Counted from the first letter of the stretch, positions 1 through 13,628 are shown. The stretch: 64,000 nucleotides of DNA from Spizellomyces punctatus DAOM BR117 (GCA_000182565.2 KQ257455.1); one strand, 5' to 3'. Translations and numbers: made by a program. The notes: generated from the sequence alone by a model not told the origin.

Positions 1-1
1 T

Positions 2-2050
2 TCAAAAGATGAAACGGAGCGCATAAAAACCAATCTCTCCAACATTGATCAACTGTGTGCTGCTGCTCAAAACACCATTCGGAATTATGGGCGGATAAAG
101 AGGATCTCGCGAACCCATCAAAACTTTGTTGCGACAAAGCAGATGGTGGAACAATTCCAGCAGCTAAACAGTCAAGTGGCACGGATACGAGGTCTACTTG
201 AGGAGGATTCAAAGGAGCTTCTAGGACCTGCTCCTAATCTTCTCCTCATCCACTACAAGTTGCAGCAGCTTGAGACTTTTCGAAATAGTACCCTGGCCAG
301 AGCACGACGGTCTCCCGCCGATGTTCTGAATACTCTTCACGAATACTTTCACAAAGTGGACCAACTTGAACACGAATTCGAGGAATATTTGTTTCGGCTC
401 GCCCGTCGGACTGTTGATCTGATAAAGGGCGGCTATGCATCGACGGTTGTGAGGATGGTGAAGATAATAGAAACGGAAGAACGGGCTGATGAAATTGCAT
501 CCGTGCAGGAGGTTGTTTCCCCATCCTCCATAAACTCGGATGATCATGTCTCCGATGTAGATCCGTCACAACCACGGCCAGTCAAATCCTATCGCATCAA
601 ATTCTTCGATGCCCTACGTGATGGAATCGTTGAGGAGATAACTACGATGTATTCCAAAAACAAGGATGATCTGTCAAGTTTGTTGGCAGATTTCGACTCT
701 GTAGTGGATAATCTCATTCTTGTCCATGATGAGGTCGTCCCACGTTTCCCGGAACGATATAATATCTTCCATTTCTATGTTTTGGAATATCACCGAGCGA
801 TATATGATACCGTCAACAAGATAACCTCGTCCGCAATTGACGCTGGGGATATCCTTATGCTTTTGCGGTGGGTGCGGGATTACTATTCGTCCATGTCTTC
901 ACGTCTAGACGTCAGTGAAGAACTTCTCGAGCCGCGTTTACTGGATGGAAAGGAAGATCAACTAACAGGAGACTACGTGAAGCTTGTTCGCTCGAAGCTT
1001 GCAGAGTGGCTTTCTAACATTCTTCGTACGGAAACTGTGGACTTTCTGGAACGGCGACATGCACCCGAGACGGATGGGTCAGGGAATTACCTTCTTACGG
1101 GCTCTGTTATTGTATTCCAAATGTTCAATCAGCAAGTTGATGTTGTGTCCTCCTCGTCTCGTGGACAGCTGCTCTTTGATGTTATGCAAGAGTGCTGCGT
1201 GACTCTTGACGAATTCCATAAAGCCTGGACGCGAATACTAGACACTGAATATCAAAAGTTTCTTGATAAATCACCCGACCTGGCAGAAGGACTGCCTGAC
1301 TATATTGTGGCACTGGCCAATGATTGCCTTCGGAGTAGCGAGTTCTCGGAATCGTTATTAGAACGGACGGAACCTCTGATTGATGGGTCGTTTCGGCCGC
1401 AACTGTCGCAGAAAATCAAGGATGCCACAGACGGGTTCATGAAAGTATCGCGGCGTGCATCTCAGATACTCGTGGAAATTGTAATAGCTGATCTTCGTCC
1501 TGCGGTTAATCTCCTACACTGCCAACCACAATGGTACGACCAAGATTTGATGCGTCTCGTCATTGGCACTCTAGAGGACTACTGCGATGATTTTCACGTA
1601 ACGATGGCGGAACTCCTCTTCAACCGCTTCACAACTGAACTCATGGATCGAATGGTTGGCTGCTATATTGAATCTCTCCGAAACAAAAATGTCAAGTTTC
1701 GCATGCCCATGGCCACCGAAAAAATGCGAGCAGAGCTGTCACAAGTCATTGATTTTTTCACCCGTTACAAAACCGCGAAGCGTGTCAAAGCGGCGTTTGA
1801 AGTCATGGAGAAAATTATCGGCTTTGTGGAGAGTTCTCCCAAGATGGCTTTCCTGGACTTTTATTCCTTGTGGAAAGCGTACCCCGACTGTCCAATTGAA
1901 TTTTTTGAGTGGTTGCTCAGTAAGAGGGATGATTTGGATAAGACGCAGGTTAGAGAGGTGATGGACGCGTGTAGAAGCAAAGCTCAGGAAGAACGGCCTG
2001 AGCAAGTACAAGTGCAGCCTACAATATTTAGCAAGCTGAAACTAAAATGA
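2..2050 (+). CDS. SEC6: Exocyst complex component Sec6/EXOC3 (5' end lies outside the window)
   Basis: Frame open from base 2. Helical protein with Sec6-like segments (NLLLIHYKLQQLETFRN, VRMVKIIETEERAD, FPERYNIF, FQMFNQQ, ALAND) ending PTIFSKLK. Confidence 0.9.
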   Translation, partial: SKDETERIKTNLSNIDQLCAAAQNTIRNYGRIKRISRTHQNFVATKQMVEQFQQLNSQVARIRGLLEEDSKELLGPAPNLLLIHYKLQQLETFRNSTLARARRSPADVLNTLHEYFHKVDQLEHEFEEYLFRLARRTVDLIKGGYASTVVRMVKIIETEERADEIASVQEVVSPSSINSDDHVSDVDPSQPRPVKSYRIKFFDALRDGIVEEITTMYSKNKDDLSSLLADFDSVVDNLILVHDEVVPRFPERYNIFHFYVLEYHRAIYDTVNKITSSAIDAGDILMLLRWVRDYYSSMSSRLDVSEELLEPRLLDGKEDQLTGDYVKLVRSKLAEWLSNILRTETVDFLERRHAPETDGSGNYLLTGSVIVFQMFNQQVDVVSSSSRGQLLFDVMQECCVTLDEFHKAWTRILDTEYQKFLDKSPDLAEGLPDYIVALANDCLRSSEFSESLLERTEPLIDGSFRPQLSQKIKDATDGFMKVSRRASQILVEIVIADLRPAVNLLHCQPQWYDQDLMRLVIGTLEDYCDDFHVTMAELLFNRFTTELMDRMVGCYIESLRNKNVKFRMPMATEKMRAELSQVIDFFTRYKTAKRVKAAFEVMEKIIGFVESSPKMAFLDFYSLWKAYPDCPIEFFEWLLSKRDDLDKTQVREVMDACRSKAQEERPEQVQVQPTIFSKLKLK

Positions 2051-2219
2051 TCATCTTATGCCTTTAAACATGACGTATTTGTATGTACCTCGCGGTCCAT
2101 GATACCAGTTTTGGCCAGCCGTAGGAGTATCTTTTAGCACAAAAAGTGACCGTGAGACGAACGTGCGGCTGCATTGCATTATAACTTCACTTCTACTTTT
2201 CTACTACATCTAGCAGCAT

Positions 2220-5200
2220 TTAAACGTTTCCGGACGTCATGGCCCTGGTCGAGATTGGCCCTTTCAGTGAGTCGATGGTATGCGACTTCCGAGTGCAGCG
2301 GACACTCTTGAAATGACCTATCCATTCGTCAAGACTCTCAGGCGTAGAGGTCTGCAATTCCCACACCAAGTTATTGTTCAGTTGGATCAAAAGGCAATAA
2401 CCTGACTCGGGTGACTTGATGACGTTGAGAATTTTGAGATCTTCTACTTGTACGGTTGTGCCTTTGTATTCAGATGCCTCTTCGAGAGGAATCTCTGCAA
2501 CAACGCTTCGGTTGGGCACGAGGATGATGGACCGTCGAACCCATCTACTAACACCAATCAACAACTTGGACCTGGCAATGCGGACGTCAGCATGTCCTTC
2601 TACCACCTCCACCTTATCCAGCTTGCTAAATGAGTTAGTTCCAATCTTTTCGGTACTCAATTCGGATCCCGAAAGCACTGCTCCATTTCCGGTGGGAGCG
2701 TCATCCTTCATCAGTGGCTGGTGCGGAGAGACAAGCAGAGTCTTCACTTTCGGCAGGAAGAAAATTCCATAAACAAGAGATGTGATGACGAGAATACCCA
2801 CAGGGATCACCAAAGGGTTTCCCGTTGTCTGGGCGATGATCTGAAGCATCGTACCATGTGTCAATATGGGAATAGTCGTTACTGTATCAGAGCAGTGTAC
2901 CTACCGGAATGATCACCACAAACGTCACCTAAAGTGTCATGAAAATGTCAGAGTAGATCGACTTGATTTCAAAAGCGTGACACACTCACGATATTGTACA
3001 TGGCAAGGCCGATAAGTTTCGACTCGTTGTAGCGTGCCGCTACGTTGCGGATCTAGGAGAATGTATAAATGAAGGCTCACCCATCCACATCATTATTAAG
3101 ACTCACCGAGTATGCAAGGAGTGTAGTCGCTATGAGAACGAGGGCATTGAAGATGAGAACCACAGCGCTAAGTATATCACGCGCAGTTGTACCGCCCATC
3201 GAGCATTCCCAGTACCGAGTCGTTGTATTAACGGACAAGATATTCGGCTTTGGAGGAGCAACAGTGAGCCAGATTGCGAGAAGCAGCTGGTGGATACACA
3301 GTCGTTAGCAACGGACTTCAATTAACCTTCGCTAGATCGTGGCGTACCCCTTCAATAACGACGATTCCAAGAGCAATTCGCAACGTCTTCAGGTCTGTTA
3401 TCTTCCCAATCCGGATGCGAGCTGCAAATATAGTTCGAATGCGCCAAGTCTTTGCGAGAATACTGCCGTTTACGAGGCCTACAAGCACATCAGAAAGGCA
3501 GTTGAGTATCAAAACTATTCCATTTTTACGACAATAGAATATCATCTGTACCAAATGACATGACCAGTGGAATTGGAATCACTCTGCAAACGTTTTCGTC
3601 CTTGGCTTTAATGTAAAGGAAGACAGTAGAGTAGCTCATCATGAGGCCAAACAGGATCTACAGGCCCATTAAGTAAGGAGCATAAGTTAAGTCTTGATAT
3701 CAAAATATAGGTGGTCTTCTTGACTTACCAATTCCAAAAATATCAAAGACGAGCTTCTTACGACCGGATGATTGCGATAGCCAAAGAAGAGAATTCCGGT
3801 GATTAAGGTTATTCCCATCAGAAAAGTAGTGAATGCAACGAGGATGTTTCCAGCGGTAGTCAAATATTCGATCGTGTCCGCTGGTAGAGTGATACCCAAG
3901 ACCAGGTGTAACTGGACAAACAATGTAGCAAGCGCGCTGGATGCCGACACTTGATCGGAAAGGATATTGCTGACGGTGACGAATACATCTGAGGATACTT
4001 TATCGTAGGAAGATCCTGAAACTGCTGTTGGTCGCGCCACGGTGGTGACGGATTTTAGAGCGTTGCACCATACAGAGAAGTTACCGGCGCAAAATGTAGT
4101 GTCATCGTACAGTGCTGGGTGTGTAGGCCAGTAAGGACTAAATGAGTTGAGGAAAGTCTGTTAGATGTGCTCCCGAATTGTTTCTACATATATTATGAAC
4201 CAACCTGTACTGCAATGCTCTATCGCGTTGATATTGGTACGATGTCAGGAAACTTGCGGCAATGACGGCCGCCTCTGGCTTTGTGGTGAATTTGTTCACC
4301 CCAACGTGCCATCCACCCAGTGTGGCCGCGGTCTGTCCTTCACTGCATCCTGGGAGTGGAGCTCTGGTTGGACGTGGTTAATTTGGCTCGCCATCGCAAG
4401 ATGCTGCAAATGAGAAACTTACACGCCGACAATGCCTCCCGCGTCTAGTTGTCCGCTCATGGGTCCCTCCCGAAAATCGTTGTAACCGTCCCTTGAATGC
4501 AACGTATCAGTTACAGTTTCCTTTTTCGATCCGTGTATACTGAGTAGCTACCAAAAGCGCATGAACACGGCTTGACCACTAAAGAACTTCTTCGTTGTAT
4601 CGGCTGTAGAAGAACCGTATTCGACGAATGTCAGACCAGAGACTGAAGTCAGAGTCTTCCAAGGGAAAACAAACCTTCACGGTACATGAGTACATCTGGG
4701 ATCGTGATTTGACTTTGAGATATCCAATTTTTAACCCGTGTGAGCATAGCAGCAGCCGAGGGGCGGTTGATGGACACTGTTCCGTCAGGTTCAATGATAC
4801 TTCCACCTCCACAACTAGCGATAAATTCTACTGCGTTGCATGTGAGACCTTCGTACTCTATTCAGAGTGGTCGAGTGCAGATTAGAAATCTGAGATTTAG
4901 AACTGGTCAAATGCTGATTCGCTTACGGGCGAATTGTCCGACCCATCCTGTCAATGAGGAATTATTCTCATTAGCAAGAACCACTTTAGCCATATGTTCC
5001 ATTTCATCCCACGTCCTGTTCAACGGCGAGATTGGTGTCAGTTTTTTTTTGCTTGTTTTCGATTCTGACGAATGGGAATCAATTACTTTGGCGGACTGGT
5101 AAAGTTTGCTATAAGGTATGAAGTAAGAATCACAAGCCCCACAAAAAGGTCGCTTGAAGTCTTTACCTCGGGCTAGCAAATCCTTGCGATAATACATGAG

Positions 5201-5899
5201 ACCCAGATTCTGAACAGAACCTGATTTAGTTTACCAATGCATCATAACTCGGGCTAAAGCAGAGGATGTACCATGTAGGAAGGCAAACTGCAAACCAAGG
5301 ACGGCGTGAGAGGACTGTAAATGATACATATACCCAGCTTTGAAAATGATCTTACCCTAGAAGACGTCCCTCCACCACATCACTAACCAAAATGTGTTTA
5401 TCTTGGGTTGCAACATTGCTCACAATGCTCGGATATGGGCTACTGAATTCGCCGTTTTGAGAATATTTTCCAAGTTCCAGTAGATAGGGCGCCAATACGG
5501 CAGTATAGGCGATATCAAAATTGTATAGATCATAATTGCTGCTCTCGATTCGTCCGAGCGTTTTCATGACACCCAAGTATCTAAGAAAGGAAATATCAGA
5601 AGCCCGTAGTTATGATTGTGATCAAGATGCTACCTACTCTGCTGTGTCGCTACTGGCTGCCTCATGAATTTCAATTGTCACGCCAGATGTCGCACTCCAG
5701 GCTGCGTAATACTGGTCAACCCATGTTCTCATGGATGCCTCTTGCTTTTGCGTTAAGATCTTGACGACGGTAGCATCTAAGGAATATCCAAGATTAACCT
5801 TCTCCACTCCGATGGGGATGCGCACGGATTCATACTGGCGGCATGGCAGAGAAAGAGGATAGATAGTGCCAAAAGTACCAAAGGTCCAAAAGGCGGCAT
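2220..5899 (-). CDS. Multi-exon class C (7tm_3)-like GPCR with an N-terminal periplasmic sugar-binding-protein-like domain and a C-terminal PH-like domain
   Basis: Signal peptide MPPFGPLVLLALSILFLCHA. SBP motifs LMYYRKDLL, TWDEM, YEGLTCNAVEFIASCGGGSIIEPDGTVSINRP (about 4761-4858). 7TM motifs HPVVRSSSLIFL, LAKTWRIRTIF, YNESKLIG, FFLPKV. Tail ...WELQTSTPESLDEWIGHF. Confidence 0.8.
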
Positions 5900-6774
5900 A
5901 TTAGAAAGGTATCAAACGCACAAGTTATCAGATGAATAACTCTATGATTTTCAGTAGGTCCCTGTTATACGTCAACTTCTAGTGCGAAAAGGAAACAACA
6001 GAAAGCCTTGATGGACGGAGTTTTTTGACAGTTTATGTGCTTTGGGTATCCCATGTGTTGATGTTTTTATGTTTTTCAACTCAGCGGTGAGGTTCCGACT
6101 GTCTCTGAATAGTTACCATGCGCGCCCTTTCAGTTAGACTCTGGATCTGCCGGCTCTATATCGGCGAGTCAGTACCCGGAACCCACATGCTTTGTTCTTG
6201 GCTTTATGTGCGCACCTGAGATTCCATGAATTCCTAGTATTATCACGCTCAAGTATGATATATAAATGCATTAAAGTTAATCTAGATCTGGCATCACCAA
6301 AAAAAATGGTATTTATCCATGTCCATTTATACACTATGGGGATTTCACTGGAACGGTTGCTTTCTTGCCTGGCTCTGGATTTTCACATGGCTCATGGAAT
6401 ATTAACCAACGATGAAGACGACCTTCCAAACTTTTTCGTAAGACTTTGTTTGGTCGGGCTGTTTACGCGAACCAATATGCCATTCATGGAACAGGACCCA
6501 AGGCTAAAAAACCTTGCTCATCACACAGCCAAGAACTTGGCTCACGGTGCGGGTATCGGAGCGGAAGAGCGTGTCCTTCTAGAAACGTTGGAAGACTATC
6601 CTTCTCTTCTTTGGCCATGTGGAAAGGCAAGTCAATAGCTTGGTGGAACCATATGCCAGTCAATAGACCGACCAAGCATTCACCAGGTACGTTTTCATCA
6701 CCTCACTCGGACATCTTCAATATTTATAAAGCATCGAGAAGAATAAACTTTGTCCTCGACATTGAGCGAAACAA

Positions 6775-7789
6775 TCACGGTACAGGCTTGGTCCCGGAGA
6801 CCAGTCCTATGGGACAGAACATTTTTGGTTCGTGACGTGTCAAAGAACAATATAATCTCAGGCTTACGTTCCAGCTGCGCCAGGGATTCCCGGAGGACCT
6901 CTCTTTGCTATAGCAAACGGACAAAATAATCAATATTAGAACCTGGTAACGGTAATGCTGTCCATATCAGCAGCTACATACCATTTTCTCGTCGGCCAAA
7001 ATCTCTCTAACGCGAGAAATGATGGTGGATGTCAACTGTTTTTGTAAGCGTTCCCGAACGTCAACTTCATGGCGAACCCATGCATCGAGGACCCCCTTCA
7101 CTTGACGGTAGAGGGCGACCTTTTGCTGCAATTCGTAAGCTTGTTCCACCAGGACGACCATTTCCTAATATCAATGGAAATTATGGCATTCTCTAATACT
7201 TGGCAGAATACGTGACCTAACCTTTGACATGTCAAACAGGGCGTCCGTAACGTTAACGATATCAGACATTTTTGAGATATGGTTGACACGCTCCTGGACA
7301 ACGGCTTTGTGATCTGCACGCGCGGACTCGAGTACATTTTTGATAGTCTAGCGATAATATGAAAATAGGTGTAATAAATAGTGGCACTCTTCTCAATTGC
7401 ATGATAAGCATACGTACAGCCTTTTTCTCCTTGAAATATTCCAGTACGCCTTCCTTGCCGCCCCGATACCACAACCAATATGCACCGAAAATGCAAACCA
7501 TTTCAAAAACTTCGGCGTCAATAATGTAGATTTCTTTGGAAATTAGATAGGCAGCCATCGAAGCTGCCACAAGAACCGAGCTAGACTTTGCGGCCAAGTT
7601 ATCACCGGGAAAAAGCTCGATTAACGATCTGGCTTCTAATTTCGGGTCAGGATGCTCTGTCCCAACCGTATGCGTGTGCTGTAGACGCCATGGTAGACAT
7701 TTGGCTGTAGCAAATTGAGGAATCCTAGCAGCTGCAGTATTCCTTGACAGTTGTGTTGCGCTCCTAATGAAGAACGACCGGAAAGCCAT
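6775..7789 (-). CDS. ATP4: Mitochondrial ATP synthase subunit b (subunit 4)
   Basis: Basic presequence, then ARSLIELFPGDNL, ISKEIYIIDAE and VKGVLDAWVRHE. Several GT-AG introns. Confidence 0.9.
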
Positions 7790-8098
7790 GGTCAAAAGCA
7801 AATGTAAAATTATGACGAGATTCAAAAGTTAAGCCAAGTTAACCCTATATCCACGTGATTATGTTGTTGCCATGGTTGCATCATTATGCTAAACCTCACT
7901 TTAAAGCCCTGCGCTTCGCAAACCATTGGAAAGAGCAGATCCGCTGCATCCCGTCGCTCTACGCAGTTCCGCAAACTGCGGGTCGAAACTGCCGGCAAAC
8001 GTGAAACCCCCAGTTGGATGCGGATTTTTTAAATATCATTAAAAGCGGCTCATTGAAATTTGCCACGCCGTGGCAGAGATCGCCCTCTCTTGACCGCC

Positions 8099-9950
8099 AT
8101 GTCGAAACGACCCTTTTCATACTATTACGATGATGGTTCACGGTCACGAAGCTCTTCTCCATATCCTGCTGCTATTCCCCCGAATGATGCAGAGCTGACC
8201 TTGTCGCTAACTGGGCCTCACAGTAAACCTACCGTTGCATACTTTTTTAATGAGGAGGTTTCCGCATTTCACTATGGGTTTGTATCTAGTTTGTTAAAAG
8301 TGATTCACTTTATATGCAAAATCCCTTTTGCTGGTTGTCCTGCAGTCACTGATATCTCTGTACCATATTCTGATTTTCTAGTGAAGGGCATCCAATGAAA
8401 CCTGCACGCCTTGCTTTAACACATAACTTGGTGATGGCCTACGGACTAGATAAAAAGATGCTTAATTTTCGCCCACGTGCTGCCACAGATGACGAGATTG
8501 CGGTCTTTCATGAGGATGATTACATTGAATTTTTGAAAAGGTGGGCAGAAAGTTACCGTCTTTCAAAGGAATATGGTTTTAGCAGTCTACCCTTCATATA
8601 CCTGGTGCTAAACATATTCCATTCTTTCGTGTATAAAGAGTCAACCCGGGAAATCTGCAACACTACAGTTCGATAATGGGAAAGTTTAATATTGGGGTGG
8701 AGGATTGTCCAGTGTTTGACGGAATGTTTGATTTTTGCCGGATATATACCGGCGCTTCATTGGAGGCGGCACGAAAGCTAGTATCCGGCGTATCAGACGT
8801 CGCTGTGAATTGGTCTGGAGGATTGCATCATGCAAAGAAATGGGAAGCATCTGGGTTTTGTTACGTGAACGATATTGTTCTTGCTATACTTGAGTTGCTA
8901 AGGTAGGACGGGTACCATTGAGAGGGGCGCCGCGTTTTAGTTTCACCTGCTGTCAGAACGCTCACTTCTGTTTATTTCACTTCACAGGGCATTTCCGCGG
9001 GTCCTGTACGTCGATATAGATGTACATCACGGTGACGGTGTGCAAGAGGCTTTCTACATGTCTAACCGCGTGATGACCGCTTCATTTCACCGATACGATG
9101 GGCACTTTTTCCCTGGCTCTGGCTCAATAGAAGAAAAGGGAACTGGCAAAGGCAAATACTACGCAATCAATGTACCTCTTGCAGAGTATATTGATGACGA
9201 CGCATACGCATACGTTTTCCGCAACGTTATGACGGATATCATGAGTATGTTTCGTCCAAGTGTTGTAGTCCTCCAATGTGGTGCAGATAGTCTAGCATCG
9301 GACCGACTTGGATGTTTTAATCTCAGTATACGGGGCCACGGACAGTGTGTACGGTTTATGAAGAGTTTCAATGTTCCTATGCTTTGTCTCGGCGGGGGAG
9401 GTTACACTGTCCGTAATGTAGCCCGAGCGTGGACATATGAAACGAGCGTCTTGACAGATACTGATTTGACGAACGACTTGCCAAATAATCCATATATGAG
9501 CTATTACGGACCCGACTACAAATTGCACGCACCCATTGTAGACTCGAGTGCGGAGAATGCAAATAGTAGACCAATCACTGGACAGCATTCGGGAAAAGGT
9601 GCGCGAGTACTTGCGGTATGTGGAGCATGCACCCAGTGTGCAAATGCAAGAGATCCCCTCGGGTGTAGAAAAGTTGTTTGAATCTGGCGATTGGGAGGTA
9701 GGTGATACGTTTTGCATTTTGTGGTGTGTGCTCTTGTTGATTTCGGTGGTGGCTTGGCGCGCAGGTTGATGATTTAGAGGATGCTGATGCGGATCGGAGG
9801 GACGATATCGGATTTTACCGTCCCCTACGAGGAAAAGAAAAGGGTCGCGACGACGACAGAGAGTATTATGACGGGGAGGAAGATCAAGACGGGGACGTGC
9901 ACGACGCAACGGACTTTGAGGATGATGAAGATGAGGTGCTGGATGTGTAA
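8099..9950 (+). CDS. HOS2: Class I histone deacetylase, Hos2/HDAC3-type (apparent +1 frameshift near 9571)
   Basis: [84 protein letters not shown]. Confidence 0.9.
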
Positions 9951-10162
9951 ATGGCCAGAAGCAATTGCTCTGGCAGGGAATTGCCTTTTTTTTTTTTTCT
10001 TTTTTATCCCGGCGTATTAGACCCGGGCGTTGGATTTTGTTGCATATATTCTATAGGATACTGACTGTACATAAACGCTTAATCGACGCTGATTACTTGT
10101 CATAGAGAGAATACACACAATGTTGAAAAAAAGAAAAAAAGGCTATCTAATTACATTGTATG

Positions 10163-10262
10163 NNNNNNNNNNNNNNNNNNNNNNNNNNNNNNNNNNNNNN
10201 NNNNNNNNNNNNNNNNNNNNNNNNNNNNNNNNNNNNNNNNNNNNNNNNNNNNNNNNNNNNNN
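10163..10262. other. Assembly gap (100 N)
   Basis: Run of 100 N characters. Confidence 1.
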
Positions 10263-10324
10263 TGTATGTGCGAATGGCTCGCTTACTATGGGGCAAGAGA
10301 CTAGGCTACCGTCCAGCACAGCAT

Positions 10325-11746
10325 TCAGAGTTTAGCAAGATATTGCTCAGACACCTCTGCTTGCTTCTTGTGGTGTGCGCGCAATGCATCAGCCCTCCGG
10401 AACTCTACCTTTGCAATTTGAATTGTGTGCACTTCGTCGGGACCTGAAGGATAAGGCATGTTATTTGAGAACAAGCTGTACAATTACCACGCAATACTAG
10501 TCTTACCATCAGCAATTCTCAAAGTTCTCCCTGTCCCGTACATGTATGCCAGAGGAAGGTCTTGGCACACACCAGCTGCACCCCAGGCCTGGATCGCCCG
10601 GTCGATCACCGCCAACGTGATATTTGGCACGATGACCTTTGCCATGGCAATCTCGTTCATTGCTGCTTTGGGACCCTTTTCATCGATGGTAGCAGCAGCA
10701 CGTAGCACAAGCAAACGCGCCTGGTCAATCTCCATTCTACTCTGGGCAACGTCAAAGGACGTCTTTCCGTGCTGTGCCAAGACCTTGCCAAACGTTGTGC
10801 GAGTTTGATCCGTGGCACGGAGGAGATGGTATTCTAGAGCGCGTTCGGCCGCACCAATCGCGCGCATGCAGTGGTGAATCCGTCCAGGACCTAGTCGGCC
10901 TTGAATGACTTCAAACCCACGGCCCTCACCCAAGATCATGTTCTCCGCCGGGACGCGGACATTATCAAAGATCATTTCCATGTGGCCGTGGGGAGCATCG
11001 TCATAGCCGTAGATGGTCATGGGCCGGACGATCTTGACGCCTTTTGCATCAGCAGGGACAATGATGACACTCTGCTGTTTGTGTTTGTTGGGGTTCTTGG
11101 GATCGTTTTTGCCCAACACCACATATACGGCGCATCTTGGGTCACCAGCCCCCGAGATCCACCACTTGCGTCCGTTGATAACGTACTCGTTGCCTTCACG
11201 AGTGATTTCAGTTTGAATGTTTGTAGCATCAGAGGAAGCCACTGCTGGTTCGGTCATGGCAAAGGCGGAGCGGATTTTTCCCTCCATCAGAGGAACGAGC
11301 CACTTTTTCTTTTGCTCTGGTGTCCCATACCTCGCAAACACTTCCATGTTGCCAGTGTCAGGAGCACTGCAGTTGCACGCCTCTGCAGCAATGTGAGACC
11401 GGCCCATGACTTCACAAAGAGTAGCATATTCTAGGTTTGTCAATCCAGGACTCTCGGGGTAGTAGCTGGGCAAGAAAAGGTTCCAGAGTCCGAGGGACTT
11501 TGCTCTGGTCTTGAGCTTTTCAATGACCGATGGCACGACCGTCCATCTGTCTGCGCTGCCAATTTTGCCCAACTGATGGTGGTGAACCTTTTCAGCAGGA
11601 ATACATTCAAACTAGAGCACCGAGAGCATTAGATAAGAAAACTAATGGGTTTTGTAAACCGTTGCGTTTTGCTTTACCTCGACAAAGTCCTCAAGGACTT
11701 TCTTGAGCTTTTGGACGCGTTCTGAAAGTTGGAAAATGCTAGACAT
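10325..11746 (-). CDS. Acyl-CoA dehydrogenase (ACAD10/11-like clade)
   Basis: [65 protein letters not shown] (across an intron). Confidence 0.9.
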
Positions 11747-12316
11747 TGCAGTGGAATATGAGTCTGCTGTAAAAAGTTGATGAGGAGGGGAAAACGGGCA
11801 ATGAGCAAGTAAGAATGATGGGGGAAAAGATGGGAAATGCTGGGCTTTAATACCACAACGGAGACGGGCCGAATAAGCGACCGATCAACCCCACGTGAGG
11901 ACCAGGCGACTGGAAATGACACCTAATTATTAGAGTTTTGTTTTATTGGATATGGGTATGGATAAATAGATTCAGCTCTGATAATGGTGATGTTGATGGA
12001 AGAGTTTATATGGGATAGATGATCATTGTCGAATCGGCTGTCGCAAAGGTTGGAGAAAAGGTATCGTCCAGATGAGATCTTTATCATAACGTTGATGTGG
12101 ATGCAAAAAATGGATGGAAATGCTTTTTAGAGATATGAATGTTAAATTCCTGTGTTGTCCAATGTTGATTCATGTGGGCGGAACAGAGACAGTAACTATC
12201 CTGATGAATATCTTACTTTATTCAGTTGAGATTATTTTCAATATCCAATTTGGATTCAATATATATTATACAACTAGTGTGTGTAGTTACAAGATTCTAT
12301 GACAGTAACTGATCGC

Positions 12317-13628
12317 TCATGTGCTTTCGGCTTTTGCTTTTCCCTTTCTTGCTGCAGAGTTCGGTGCAGATTGTGGTGTAGATTTCTTTGGAGTCACCTT
12401 TTTGACCTCGTTTATCGTACCTGTTTGCTCAGCTGTTTTACTTTTGGGAGACATCTTTGTTTTCACTGCCGCCTTCTTTGGCGTGCTATTTGCTGCTTCC
12501 TCATTTGCAGTCCTTGTCACAGCCTCCTTCTTTATTCCTTCCTCCACCTCCTCCCCGTCACCCACAGGTCCATCGGGCAATGAGTTAAATATAGGTAATG
12601 CGATCGAGTCCGTAGTTTTGAGATGAATAGAGAGGATGTTATTCCACTTTTTTGGAATCTTTTTTGCAATTTCCGATACCGCTTGCATAACATTCTCAAT
12701 CAATTGCTCCTCGTCAAACCTCGTTGTCCCAATCTTTACCGCACTGTAAATACAAAAGTTATTCATAACCCTGCAAATAATCGGACGTTTTATCACACAA
12801 GTCTTACTTGCACACTCCATTGTTCGTTATGAGATATGTGGAATGAAGCGCACTCTGGATTTCCCCCGCAAGATCGTTCTTTGTAAGATCGACAGGCGCT
12901 GGGTGTCTACGGATTACAATACGACAGAGTCAACTCATGGAAATCCGGCGTGAATATTGAGGCGCCGTAGATACTCACTTTTTCTTTGCAAAGAATGTCT
13001 TTCCAATAAGAGAGGGAAGCAGCGGTATGACGCGCTCGTCAGCGAGGAAAAGATCATATGAAGCGCAAAGTTGTCTTTTTGCTTCGTATGGCTTAAACTT
13101 TGCTCGAAGCTTTGATATGCCCATAACCTGCAGCCAAATACTCGTCAGGACTCTGTGCAAATGAAAAAAGGCGAGCTGATACACTACCTTGGATATACCC
13201 GTAACTGCTTTCGATTGCAACAAATCTTTATATGTTCGCTGAGGATCTTTCGTGATCAAACAGACGTCCGATTCGGCATACAGAGGATGTTTAAGCAAAC
13301 TGAAACCCAGTTTTGCCATCAGAACATGCAAATGACATCCGTGATAATCTACAGCGTTACTTACATTCGCTGTGGTTTTAGGCGAAGTCTGTCTGGCATT
13401 TTCTTCGTAGCGACTATCACGAGAACAGATTTGCTGGCATCTTCTTCGATAAGATTAGTTTTCTGTTCTTCTGACTGGATGGCCTGGCTTTTCTTCTCAT
13501 AGGCCATCAAAGCCCTTACAGCCTTCGAGACCTATACACTCCACATTGTTTAGGACCGTGAGTGATCTCCACTTGAATGGTGGTGGTATCCATTGTGCAC
13601 AACATACCTGTTGTTCGTCCAGGGACAT
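12317..13628 (-). CDS. Ribosomal L1 domain-containing protein (RSL1D1/Utp30/Cic1-like)
   Basis: VCLITKDPQR, KFKPYEAKRQLCASYDLFLADERVIPLLPSLIGKTFF, WNNILSIHLKTTDSIALPIF, Lys-rich tail. Confidence 0.85.

Noticed and set aside
6134..6770. ORFs between the GPCR and ATP4
   Set aside because: No recognisable motifs and no consistent splice model.
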